This document shows positions 26,697-39,932 of a stretch of DNA of 64,000 nt, in pieces. Under the pieces are notes generated by a model. It was not told the DNA's origin, ran no database searches, and saw only the letters and a list, made by a program, of their open reading frames with translations. Within the stretch, counting starts at the first letter, position 1. The number at the start of each line of letters is the position of its first letter. The position numbers were made by a program, and so were the translations under genes. This DNA comes from Nageia nagi (Eukaryota > Plantae > Pinophyta): assembly GCA_050084985.1 (NCBI GenBank), contig JBITNC010000001.1:97960001-98024000 (forward strand), read 5' to 3'.

Positions 26697-29600
26697 TCAG
26701 AATGCCCAACGTGGATGCCTAGGGGTCAAGCATGCCAACGTGGGGCCCCTGAGTGTCATAAGTACCAATGTGTGCCACACATGCATAACATGGGTTTAGG
26801 AACCATGCATTGGGGCTAGGTGTTATCATGGGTCAATGTGGGGGTCTAGAAGTCTCCCCAAGGTTGATGCATATATATAAGTACTCATCCATACATATAA
26901 GTGCTAAATAGACATTGGGATTCCCATAATCATGATCAAGATCTCCAACACATATTTCATTCTTAGGAGGAAGACATCCAACTTGGGGCACACAGTGGGG
27001 TCCATTAACCCATTAAGTCTTATATTCCAAGTATTAACTTAAAGTATAATGCATTAATAAATATATTATAAAAGGGACAGTATAGTAAGTGTCACATAGG
27101 GATTCCTTAATGCATAATTGAAAATACAATATAGAGTATATATGAAAATTAAGTTTTAATTTTTCATGTTATATGTATTTCGCAAATAGAAAACCACAAT
27201 CATTGAGTGTTTTATTGATATGATTATCTTTTTCATGCTTATATTTTACTAAGTTTTGGAGTTGATCAAGAATGATTACTTATCCTTGAAAATACTAATG
27301 TTCAAGTATTCTTCTTACCTCCACCATATATAAGTACTTATACACTTCTTATGATAGAACAAAATGTGTTCTTTGATGCATTATTGGTGTGAAAGATTTT
27401 ATTTTGAGTATTGAATAGGATTATATCAAAGTTTAGAAAGAAAACTTGGATAACTATATTGTTATTTTGATAGAATTAGAAAGAATTATTGAATAATTTA
27501 GAATTAGCTTTGATTATCTAATAATTTTATTGTGATAAATTATCCTTAGAATAACATTACCCATGGGTAAGTTATGATGGGCAAGGAACTTACCATATTT
27601 AAATATGTTACTTATCTTGTATGATGTGATGAGGCATCTATTATGACAACATATAAGATAAGAATAAACCTTACATTGGCCAAGACATGATCATGAGAAG
27701 GTGATCATTTCTAATCAAGTAGGACTACGAGGGTCAAGTAGGAATCATTTTGCAATAAAGTGATGGTGATCCATTGTTCAAAGATAACAATGTGAGTGCT
27801 AGTAATGAGGTTATGACTTCATTACTACCATGTGATCACATATCAATGTCAGAGTAGTGATATTGGTCTTGATGAAAATATAAGCAGATGAATTTCATCA
27901 ATCATTGAGGCATACGTTATATCAATATAAGAGTAATACAAAAGGATGGGACATAGTATAGTACATTAGACAAGGGATAAACATAAATTTTCCAAGTGTT
28001 AGAAAAGTTAAACCCTTATAAATGTCTTGATCAAATTATTCCATATCATAGGTATGAATGGATATGCCTCTTAGTTTTTGTCTGCCTAGAAAGTACAAGG
28101 AGAAAATGGAAAGAAAACATGTATCTCTAAGGTATGAATAATTGGAGAAAACATGTTAATCTTTATAGATGATGATAAAGACAAGTAGGAAAATTTTTAG
28201 GGTTCCTAAGCAAAAGGTCATGTAACTATTTTATGTCTCAAAGATGAGGGTATGACTAGAAAATTTGTTAGAAAAGGAAAAAGAAATTAAATTTTAGAAT
28301 ATATGTTGATAATTTGTGCATTATTAAATAGCCCTTGAGGTTTCAAAGGAAAATGGAGGAGTGTAAGATTATCCTTTCTAAAATAGTCCAAGGATCATAA
28401 GGGAATGTTTTGAATAGAAAGAGTTATAATATAAGCATATTGAACTATAAGATAATAAACACCTATCATTTTAAGGTTAGATAAGGATGACCTTTGAAGA
28501 GATAAGTCATTGTTGATTGAAGATGAATACTAGAAGAGAACCATGGTTAAAGATTTAGTGGCACAATAGAGATGTCACTTGCATATCTATATGATACTTG
28601 ACCGTTGCCAAATAGGATTAGGAGGATGATAATGCCTAAGTTGGTTCAATACTAATAGACTATTGTCCCACATTTCACATTTTGCATTTAGAACACTCAT
28701 GATTTAATATTGGTATTTGATGCAGCTTCGAGATTTATGGGTGTAGTTATAATCAGACATATATATTTTGGATAGTAGAAATAGTAGGGAGTTAGTTCAA
28801 TTTTCTATGCAAGTTTTGCATTTTGCTAGATTGTGAAGACTTTGTTCAATTGAAATATATCATACTATTCATGTTTTTCATTTTATGTTGATCTTTGTGA
28901 TAAGTGTTGTTCTATAAACTTTGATTTGTTCCTTTGTAAGAAGATAGGAAGGGCCCCTTATTTGTTGTTAAAAGTGAATGCTTCAGTTAATTTATAGATT
29001 TAGTCAATTTATAGATTCAATTAGTTTATAGCTTCAGTAGTTCTATTTATATATTAACATGCTTGAAAGATGAATGGATGGTAGTGTTTATTTATTTGAA
29101 AGTAAACTACTAGTTCTTTTCCTTCATATGTTCATAAAATCATTAATGTGATGTGTTTTTGTTTTCTTGTTAACATTATTTGTATTTCATGTAACCATTA
29201 TTTCCTATTGTCACTAGTTTTTCATGTTACTATTAAATTCTTGTTTTAATGTCATTTTGATCTAGTAACCTTCCTCTTTACAATCTTTGTTAAGAATATA
29301 AAACCCCCACATGCATGATTTAGGAGTAGAGACAAGGTAGTAGACATCCCTCCAAGATAACTCTATTGTGCATATATATTGCATAACCCTTCATAAGCTC
29401 CTTCTTGGATTGACACTATATATAAATGCTTCATCATTTTGGCATCATTATTGGGAAATATGTTTAAGCAATAGAGTTTGTATCTTGGGTAGACTATAAT
29501 ATAAAGGAGTTGCAGAGAGAAGGTCAAAATTTCCTCTCTATATCCCTATGCATTTATAATTAAATTATATTTCTTTTGTTAAGATAGTTCATGTATTCAC

Positions 29601-29769
29601 CCAAAGAAAGAGACACCAAAGGATGATTCATTAAGAATCAAGAGATAGAAAAACACATCCAAACTCCATTAGAAGAATCTATCAGTAGCATTCAAAATAC
29701 CTCAAGAGAGGAAAGCATCGAAGAAATATATTCAATAGATCACAACATTGAGGAAGAAGACAATAATAT

Positions 29770-32700
29770 TATGGGAGATAATAACCAAGCTATATTTTAG
29801 TTTCCTATCAATCCTCCTCCTGATGAGACCAAGCTCAAATCAATCCCTCATGCAGTAATCCCCGCATTTTTCAAAAATCCAAATGAAGAACCTGATGTAT
29901 TCTTTTTCAAGTTTGATGTGTTATGTAGAACGTATGATTATACTACAGACGTACATGAACTCAAATTATTTCCTTCAACACTCAAAGCTAAAGCTCTGAG
30001 ATGGTTTATGGGACTTGGAAATAAAGGAATTGCCACATGGAATGCCATGAAGATAGAATTATTGAACAAATATCAAGAATACTAAAGAGAGAGAGAAACA
30101 AAGGATGAATTTCTATAGATGCAACAAAAAGAAGAAAAGACATTAGAAGACTATTTAGAAAAGTTTCAATTCAACCTCTAATGTTCCAAACACACTACCA
30201 TGCCAAAAGATATATTGAAAGTAATATTTATTAAAGGCATGATGGATGAATGTTTAGATGCATTAAATTTAATGTCAGGAGGAGGTATATTTCAACTTAG
30301 TTTTGATGATATTAAGAGCTTGTGTCAAAATTACTCGAGAGCCACAATGAGAAAGGGCAAGGTTGTCTAAGCTACAAGATGTTAAGAGAAATTAACTCTA
30401 AAAATGATAGCAATGTTACAAAAGGAGAGATTACTAATCTACTTGAGAACTTCAAGAGAGATATATTCTCCACTTTTTCTAATTCTCTAGACCAATTCAC
30501 TGCACTAAAAAAAAAAGAAGATGATTAAAAGCTCTTATCTATTTATTATTCCAAATGTATAAAACAACATGCTCTAAATGAATTTTCTTTGAGTAAGACA
30601 AAGATATGTAGCATCAGTGAGGATTATCATAAAATAGATAAATGCCCAACATTACCTAAAATCAAGAATATTTTTCAACTTGTATTTGAGAAATATGAGG
30701 ATGTCAATATGATAAATTAGAGGAGATTTGGTGGACAGTATCTTCCGCAACAAATACCATGGAATCAACCATAAATCTAGTACATTGGAAATCCATAGCA
30801 AGGGCAATACAATGGACCTTACCAAAGAAGGAAAAAAAATTTCCACCAACCCATGCAGCAACAAGGAGGATATGTACCATACAATCAACAACAATTTTTC
30901 TAGTAGATGCCACAATAAATTCAATAGCCCATGCAATAACCATTTTATCAACAACAGTAATTGTTACCACCTCCTGCACCAAAATAACAAAAAATGATTC
31001 AAGCTCCTCAACAATTACAACAATAGCAACAACATAGGCCTCCAATTCAATTATCCACTTAGCCACTTGCAAATCCAAATAACAATAAGGTGCTCAGGTA
31101 TATTATGTTCAAGATAATCATACATATGTTATAAATATTGTAGAAACAAGATCAGAAAGAATATTTTAGGATCCTGCACCACCAATAATAGAGGAAGAAG
31201 AAGAGGACATACCTATTAACACATATGAACATAAATTTCAGGAGCCAATTCAAGAGCAACCCCAGTAAGATAATGCTCCACCCTTTCCTAAATGATTGGA
31301 ACAATATGTCCCAATTAAAATATATGGGCAACTAAGATTTGATATAATGAATGAGTTGAAAATGTGTGTGTTGAAATACCTCTTCTTCAAGCATTAAAAT
31401 ATGTACCTATATATGCAAAAGTGGTTAAAGAGGTATGCACCAAAAGATCATAAAGGAAGAAGCAGGAGCCCAAGATAATCCATGTTATAGAGAAACTAGT
31501 TGAGCTCATGCTAGGAAAGTTGATAGTCTCAAAATATGTTAACTCAGGTAGCCATGTTGTCATAATGAAAATTGGATACCATAAGATTTCAAATGTATTG
31601 GTCAATTTGGTAGCTACCATAAATATCATGATATTTGTGATAATGACCAAAATTGGATTCATTGAGGTGAGACCTACTAGCATGGTAATTCAAATGGTAG
31701 ATAGATCCACCATTGTACCCCATGGTATATATGAGGACATTCCTATTGTAGTAGATTTTTGGGAATATCCAATAGACTTCATCATCATAAAGATCAAATC
31801 AAATATGGAAAGATACCTCATAATTCTTGGAAGGCCATGGTTAGCAACAACAGATGCATACATCTAATGCTGAACAGGGAATATGTCAATTTCAAATGGT
31901 GAGTCCAAGAAAAACATTATCATTTATTCTCCAACGAAGCCAACAAATACAGAGAATCCATTATGGGTTGAGCATACTAACAATGGCAATTCAATAGTGG
32001 CTACACTCACATTAGATCAAATACCCTACATATAAGAAAATGATGAAGATGATGTGTTAGAATGGCACATGAATGACATCCCTTATTTACATGAAGACAA
32101 TTGTGCCATACAATCATCCTTATCTTTAAAAGAGTTAGATGAAGAGCCTTATTTTATAGAATAAAAAGAATTAACCTTACTAAAAAAGATAACAAAAATT
32201 CTTCCAAGAAAATACCTAAACATCAACAAATCATTATCAACTGAAGAAGATAAAAGATTGTTGGATGTGTTGGTTAAGTATGCATAACACTACATTTGCA
32301 TGGACATATGAGGACATGCAAGGGATCAGCCCTTAGGTGTGTACATGTCATATTTATATGTATGATAACTCCAAGATAATTAAACAGTTACCAAGAAGGT
32401 TAAACCCTGCAATAAAAGAAATAGTGAAAGTAGAAATACAAAAACTACTACAAGTTGGTTTTATCTACCTTATATCTGATAGTGAGTAGGTGTCACCCTT
32501 AGTAGTTTTCCCTAAGAAGAATGGGAAATGGTGAATATGTATTGATTACAAGGAGCTAAAAAAAGCAACAAGGAAAGATCACTTCCCTCTTCCCTACATA
32601 TACCAAGTCTTAGATAATGTTTTAGGTAAGAAGTACTTTTCTTTTCTTGATGGTTTCAATGGTTATAACCAGATCCAGGTTGCATAGACTGATCAAGATA

Positions 32701-34970
32701 AGATTATGTTTACTTGCCCATAGGGCACATTTGCATATAAGGTCCTACCTTTTGGACTATGTAATGCACCAGCTACATTTTGGAGAGAATTCTTGAACAT
32801 ATTTAGTGATCTATCATATTGTGTAGAAGTCTACATGGATGACTTCATTGCAATAGGTGAAACATTTGAAGAAGCACTACAAAATCTAGAGAAAGTCTTA
32901 CAAATATGCAAAGATACCAACCTTTCACTTAGTAATGATAAATGCCACATTATGATGATAAAAGGTATAGTTTTGGGACATAATATCTCACCAAAAGGCA
33001 TTAAGCTAGATCCAAAGAAGATTGAGGTAATTCAGAACCTTCTAACACTAGAAAGAGTAAAGGATGTGAAAAGTCTTTTAGGTCATGCTGGATACTATAG
33101 GAGATTTATGAAGGAATTTAGCTAGAAAGCAACACCTTTATATGACCTTATAACAAAATAAAATGAGTTTAAATGGACCCCTACATGTCAAAAGACATCA
33201 TTAAAAGAAAGCCTAATAACAACACCATTTTTGAAAGGAACAAACTGGAAACTTCCATTTCATATATACATAGATGCATCAGATATAGCCTTGGGAGCAA
33301 TATTGGGCCAAAAGGAAGATAAGAACTATCATGTTATATACTACATAAGAAAATGCCTCAAAGGAGCAAAACTAAACTATACAATGATAGAGAAGGAATT
33401 CTTAGCAATCATCCATGCCATAAATAAGTTCAGGCATTACATTACAGGGTACCTAGTATTTATGCACACAGACCACTTAGCCATTCGATACTTGATAACA
33501 AGCCTATACAAAATGGAAGAATAATCAGATGGCTTCTCCTCCAGGAATTTGATGTGGAAATAGTTGACAAGCTAGGTAAAGAAAATGTTGTTGCTAACTT
33601 TTTATCTAGAGTGCCACACCAAATTGAGGAAGGATTTGCTGATGACTATTTCCCAAATGAACACCTATTTGCTATCACAACTCAGACACCTTGGTTTTTT
33701 GATATTGTAAACTACTTGGTTGTAAGGAAGCTTCCTTAACACTTTAATTCAAATGAGAAATCCTCACTTATACAACAAAGCTCATCATTTAGCCGGATAG
33801 GGGGTTATCTCTTCAAAATAGGAATTAACAATATACTATGCAGGTGTGTAAGAGAAGATGAGGTGTATGAAATTCTAAGAGCAATCCATGAAGAACCCTA
33901 TGGTGGTCATTTTGTAGCCAAGAGAACAACCCTCAAGGTCTTACATAATGGATACTATTGGCCTTTTATCTCCAAGGATGCATTAAAATATATAAAACAT
34001 TGTGATTAGTGTCAAAGGGGAGGAAAACCAACAAAATCCATTGAAATACCATTGCAACCATAATTGTTATTAGAGCCCTTTGATAAATGGGGTATGGAAT
34101 TCATAGATCCTATTAACCCTCCCTTAAATTAGAATGAATATATCCTAGTTTATACAGATTATGTGACTAAATGGGTGGAAGTAAGACCATTAAGGAATGC
34201 TAGGCATGAGAACATTGCTACTTTCCTCTATGAAGAGATCTTCACCAAGTACGGAGTGTCAAAAGAAATTATCACTGACCAAGGTACTCAATTTACATCT
34301 TTGCTAATTGAAGAATTAATGAATATGAAATAAGGCATAGAAAGTCAACACCATATCATCCTTAAGCAAATGGCCAAGTAGCAGTCAACAACAAATAATT
34401 AGATAACATACTTACAAAGATAGTGGCAATTCATAGAAAGGATTGGGTTAATAGGTTGCCATAAGCTGTGTGGGCCTATAGGACCACTTGAAAAACAACT
34501 ACAGGATTCACCCCATTTGAGTTTTTTTGTGGTAAAAAGGCATTATTCCTTATTGAACTTGAGATAAAAATACTAAGAATAGTTGCTAAGCTAGGATTGC
34601 ATTTATCAGATGCATAAAAAGGGAGAATAAACAATTTACATACCTTAGATGAATGTAGAATCTAGGCATTACAACATACAGAAGTTATCCAAAATCAGCA
34701 AAAAATTTGGCATGATAAATTCATTTAAGAAAAGAGTTTCTGGCCAAGTGATTGGGCATTGTTATTTGATTCAAGATTTATGGAATTTAAAGACAAGTTA
34801 CAAAATAGGTGGATGGGACCCTATGAAGTAGATAGAGTATATGCAAATGGGCAGTTAAACTCATAACAATAGATAAAGAAAGATACCCATTAATGGAAAA
34901 TAGGCAGAGGCTGAAACTTTATAGAAAACCACTATCCAAGGAATAATTCACATTAAATCTTCAGCAATAG
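29770..34970 (+). pseudogene. Gypsy gag-pol pseudogene
   Basis: KLFPSTLKAKALRWF (gag); IILGRPWLAT (protease region); FLDGFNGYNQI and EVYMDDF (RT); IDASDIALGAILGQ and NYTMIEKEFLAI (RNase H); DYVTKWVEV and IITDQGTQF (integrase). Confidence 0.92.
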
Positions 34971-35483
34971 ATGATGCTAGCAATGGTGGAACTAGGTTCC
35001 ATCACTAATCCATGCTACATTTGAGCATGAATAATGAGATACAATTGGAACTCTTATCTTTGCCAATTGTACCCCTCATCCAAACAAAATCAAAGAGAGA
35101 TCAGAAATATGTACTAACTTGTGTTTTATTACAAGAATCATAATGAGTTAATAGGAGCTATAGGAGGGTGATTGGTCATCACTACAACACATCATGCATC
35201 ATCATCAACGAATCAACCACCATAACTCCAACTCATGCAAATTTTGCATCATACGTCACCTACCCATTTAATTGGCAAAAATCAAGTTTCTTTTATTAAG
35301 TTTTGTAAGTTTAGATATTAATGTTTAAATGTGTACTCTTTAATTCACATGCATAAATGATCATCATGACACGATCCACCCATCACCTCCTAAACTGATT
35401 ACAAGATCACATGGCTCATATTCCCACGTCCCACACTCAACACATGTACAAAATCCATTCCCATCGTTGATTATCAACCATAT

Positions 35484-38350
35484 ATGGATAGATGGCAAAT
35501 CCTTCAGCTAGGGGGAGGTATAGGTATGAATCTCAATGATTTACGAGTCCCAATTCTCTTTGAGGTGATCTATAACTTTACCGAGGTGATGTATAGCTCA
35601 TTCAAGCATGCAATACATGCATTCAATCAGTATAAGAAACTAACTTCGGAAAAGGCCCAAATAGCAAATTGCAAAAGTTTCCTAACAAAGCATTCCAGAG
35701 AATTTTTGAAGATTATTTTAATGGTAGAGAAATTCATACATAATGAACCAAAAAATATAGCCAAGATTGCAATTTCAGAGGTCACTATCAAAGCATTCAT
35801 AGAAGCAATATGGATGACCTTTGTGAAAAAACTACATAAGTATAATAAAGAGATTGCAAAAGAATTTGCCAAGAATTGTGAGATCTACCATTGAATTGTG
35901 AAAGAAATGATAGTGCATTTCATTAATGATGTAATAGCATAGTTACAGGGTTATCTTAGATCAGAGGAAAAATAGTTCAAGACCAATAAAAAGAAATACA
36001 AGGAGTTATTCATGAGACCTAGAGACAACGAGTTGGAAATCACAAACCATGGCAATCAGTTGTACCTCACTACAAGAGCCATGGAGAGAAGTGCCATATC
36101 ATCTAATTTCGTACTTCATTATGAAGGTCAGTATCAATACATAGTTTCTCACCATTTGAAGCTTTTATCTCATTTAAGACATAAAAAGCTAGTGAATATG
36201 TCATTCTACGTTAGTTGCTCCATCCATGTAATGTCCTTAAATTTAAGAAATTTGGGATTAATAGTTTAGCTCACCATGGGTTGATAACATTAATTGTAGA
36301 GCATTATTTGAAAACAAATTACCCAAATGTCCCTTGGGATCAATTTGTAAAAAATGGTCTAGGTCTCTTTGTATCCAACTTAGGAAGGTGAAAGTAGAGA
36401 AATTAGGGTAATCTTCCTCCAAAAAACCCTCAGATAGTGATGAATCAGAAAACTACATAGAAACCTCATAATCTAATGAGAGAGAGTTTAAATCAAAATC
36501 AAAATCAAACTTGAGACTTCCAGCAAAGGTAAAAAGAAAAGAAAACATAAACAAAAGGCTAGAAAAAGGCTAAGGAGGTCTAATCGATTGTTTGTTAACA
36601 TAAAGAAGAAACCCTTAAAAGTTGGTAGCGCTATCCACTTGGATGATGAGTATGAACTTGAAGAAGAACATGTAAAAGAAATTAAGTCAAGAGAAGAGGA
36701 TATGAATGAGGAGACTTCAGTTCAGGAAGAGACCCTAAGGTTTAGTGGCTATGAAAAGAATAATTTAGCTAGAATGAGCACCCCTTCAAAGGACACTATA
36801 GAAATATAGATTGAGGAAGAAGAAATAAGACTCCACTTGGTTTTGGTTTACAAACCTTTAGACTTTCAGTACACCACAAAATAAGAAAGAAAGTAGCCCC
36901 CTATTGAAGTCAAGAAGGAAGATGTATTGGCCCTTCAGGATTTTCATGCTTCATTGAAAGAGGTATTATTTAAAACAAAAGCCCAATCAAACAAGCGTAG
37001 GGAAAAGCAACATTTACAGCCTATATGAAAAGGAATTTTCAAACTTGGAAGCACTTAAGACTACAAACATGGAATTAAACATTTCTTTCAGAAAGAAGGT
37101 AATGGAGAATGAGAAGTTGAAAATTAAATTATAGTAGTTGAGGGAGATAATTAAATCCAAGAAAGAGGAGAAGAGATAGCTGAGCACCTGAATTTCATGA
37201 AGCAAATTGAGGAATCCAAGAAAGGACTACAATTGCTAACCAAGCAGTGGACAAACTAACAAGAAAGATAGAAGCGTATAAAAAGGAAATTGACAAAATG
37301 AAACTCTTAAGGACAAATGCAAGCAATTCCAGGAGGAAATGTCCAAATATGAAAAAGAATACATAGCAATGTCAGAAGATGAGAAAAGGCTCATGAATAA
37401 AAGTGAGTTTGAAAAGAAATTATCTAAGCTCAATGTTGAATATGAGGAATTCAAAATCTCCACTCATACCCAAATGGACAAGAAAGGATCGAGAAACCAA
37501 GCAATAAAGGACATCCAAAAAATATTTACTAAAATCGGAAAGGTGATCAAGGATCTACTTGAAGGTAGGGCTCCTCCCAATTGTATGCCTTATGGATTAG
37601 AGAAAATAGTATTTATTTAAGTTGGATATGCTCATGTGGTCTCATACAATTAGGGTTGATGATTCAGGATTCTTCAATAGGATCTACAACCATTCTCAAG
37701 AAGATTCCCAAAAACCTCCTAGCTAAGTTTTATTTGTGTGGCCTTTTATTGCCTAAGATGACTTATTTAAATATTAATTTGATTATTCAGATGTACATTT
37801 GAGGACCTTGTGCTCATTTATGTAAATGAACTAGAAAGAGAGATGCAAGATCCACCTTTGAGGAATTAGAATACACTCATTCTATGAACATCAAGGCTGA
37901 GCATAGGTTTGTGGAGGAAATCATGAAGGACATGAAAATCCTTGAGTTGAATCACCATGTGTTGCTAAACATATAGCTTTGTAAAAGAAAGTAATCCAAT
38001 AGTTTCAAGAACTATGCCACTCCAAGTTAAAGGATGTGATATTAGCTACAAAAAATAGGTGGGTAGATTTGTTTTTATCTTTGAGAAAGAGAGAGCCCCA
38101 CTTTATTTATGCAATGAAGGTAGCATTGGGATAAGCTAGGTGGTATGCACACAGATTTTAAATGAACAAGAAGTCAAGTGGGTTGGGTTGAGATTTCAGG
38201 CCATTTTTGTTATGGACACCATAGATAGACTACAAGGAATGGATGAATACAAATAAGATAGAGGAGTAAAGGGTTATGCAAGAATTATTAGAGCAGCAAG
38301 GGTTTATATGAGTCAATCAAGTTTTCCCATTTGGCATATAACTCATTTGT
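35484..38350 (+). pseudogene. Decayed accessory ORF(s) between pol and the 3' LTR (charged, coiled-coil-like)
   Basis: Sense ORF fragments at 35484-35894, 36012-36269, 36588-36809 and 37339-37620, in the position where Athila elements carry extra or env-like ORFs. Confidence 0.55.
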
Positions 38351-39932
38351 TGAATGTAATGATACAAGATGTAATCTTTTGTGTGAGTTGAAAAAGATGT
38401 TTGTTCTCATACGATCAAATTCAGCTGTAAGAGATGGGGTATGTGTTTAAATTACTTATGTATATTAATACTTTGGTACATTATTATTTCCTTTTAGACC
38501 ATCATTACATCCTTCATACATATCAAATGAATAATAGAGTATTAAGTTAGATATTAGTATTTAGACTACTTTTTTGATAAATTAACCTATCAATGTGTCT
38601 TGAGGCTTTGGAAATAGGTTCACACATTGGAGATTGGCTAGTCGGAAGCATTTTGTGTTGCCACATTTTGTAGTCATTGTTGATTGAATATGAAGACTAG
38701 AAGAGAACCACAGTTGAAGATTAAATGGTGCAATAGAGATGTCACCTACGTATTTATATGATACTTGATCATTACCAAAAGGAATTAGGAGGATGATAAT
38801 GCCTGAGTTGGTTCAGGACTAATCGACTATTGTCCCATGTTTCACATTTTGCATTTAGAACACTCATGATTTAAGATTGGTATTTGATACAGCTTTGAGA
38901 TTTATGGGAGCAGTTATAATCAAACATATATGTTTTGGATAGTAGAAATAGTAGGGAGTTAGTTTATTTTATATGCAAGTTTTGGGTTTTGCTGATTGTG
39001 AAGTCTTCATTCGATTGAAATATATGGTACTATTCATGTTTTTCATTTTTGTTGAGCTTTGTGATAAGTGTTTTGCTATAAACTTTGATTCGTTCCTTTG
39101 TAAGAAGATAGGAAGGGCCCCCTATTTGTTGTTAAAAGCGAATGCTTCAATTAGTTATAGATTCAATCAATTTATAATTCAGTTAGTTTAAGCTTTAGTA
39201 GTTCCGTCGATAGATTAACATGCTTGATACCTGAATGGATGGTAGTGTTTATTTATATGAAAGTAAACTATTGGAAGTTCTTTTCCTTCATGTGTTCTAA
39301 AATCATTAGTGTGGTGTTTGTTTTAGTTTTCCTATTAACATTGTTTGTATTTCATGTAACCATTGTTTCCTGTTATCACTAGGATTTCATGTTACTATTA
39401 AATTGTTTTTTAATTTCATTTTGATCTAGTACCCTTCCTGTTTGCAATCTCTTAAGAATGTAAAACCCCACATGCATGCTTTGGGAGTAGAGACAATGTA
39501 GTAGGCATCCCTCCAAGATAACTCTATTATGCATATATATTGGATAACCCTTCATAAGCTCCCTTCCTGGATTGACACTATAATAAACACTCTGTCAGGT
39601 GGGTTAGAGTTAGAATTTGATCTTGAAAAAAATGGTTGAAGGGTGAGGATGGTAGGGGACATCCCTATCCTTGACTTGCATACATCATCTAGGATGATGG
39701 AGTCTAAAATATGAATTTTTAATATTATATGGGAGAGTATAAATAAGTGCACTTTTTTTCAAATAAACTTGGGTGGTTTTAATTAGGAACCTATGGTTAG
39801 GTGGAAATATTATAAGTAAATAAACTTTCAATCATTAATAGATGAACTATATTGATTATGATTTGAGTACTTATTATGCTTATAAAAAATGATTGTGAAC
39901 ACATGGGATTGTGTTTAGTCTAGGGGGAAGTA

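Larger units (their letters stand above)
8506..27084. mobile_element. Non-autonomous Gypsy-like LTR element with an inverted interior (palindromic ends); TSD GTAAG
   Basis: GTAAG at 8501-8505 and 27085-27089. The left end is a 114-bp hairpin followed by PBS-like GTCATATCAGA. PPT GAGAGGGGAGG (13111-13121) precedes TGTAATGTCCC. The right end is the reverse complement of that LTR start. Gag-like IDKIPIFDGED at about 9235. Confidence 0.8.
28505..39597 (+). mobile_element. Athila-like Ty3/Gypsy retrotransposon (decayed) with 3' accessory ORF region
   Basis: Paired LTR homology at 28505-29436 and 38672-39597. PBS TGGCATCATTATTGGGAA is a decayed TGGCGCCGTTGCCGGGGA (tRNA-Asp type). Domain order gag-PR-RT-RH-INT. 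5' LTR start and TSD not found. Confidence 0.85.
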
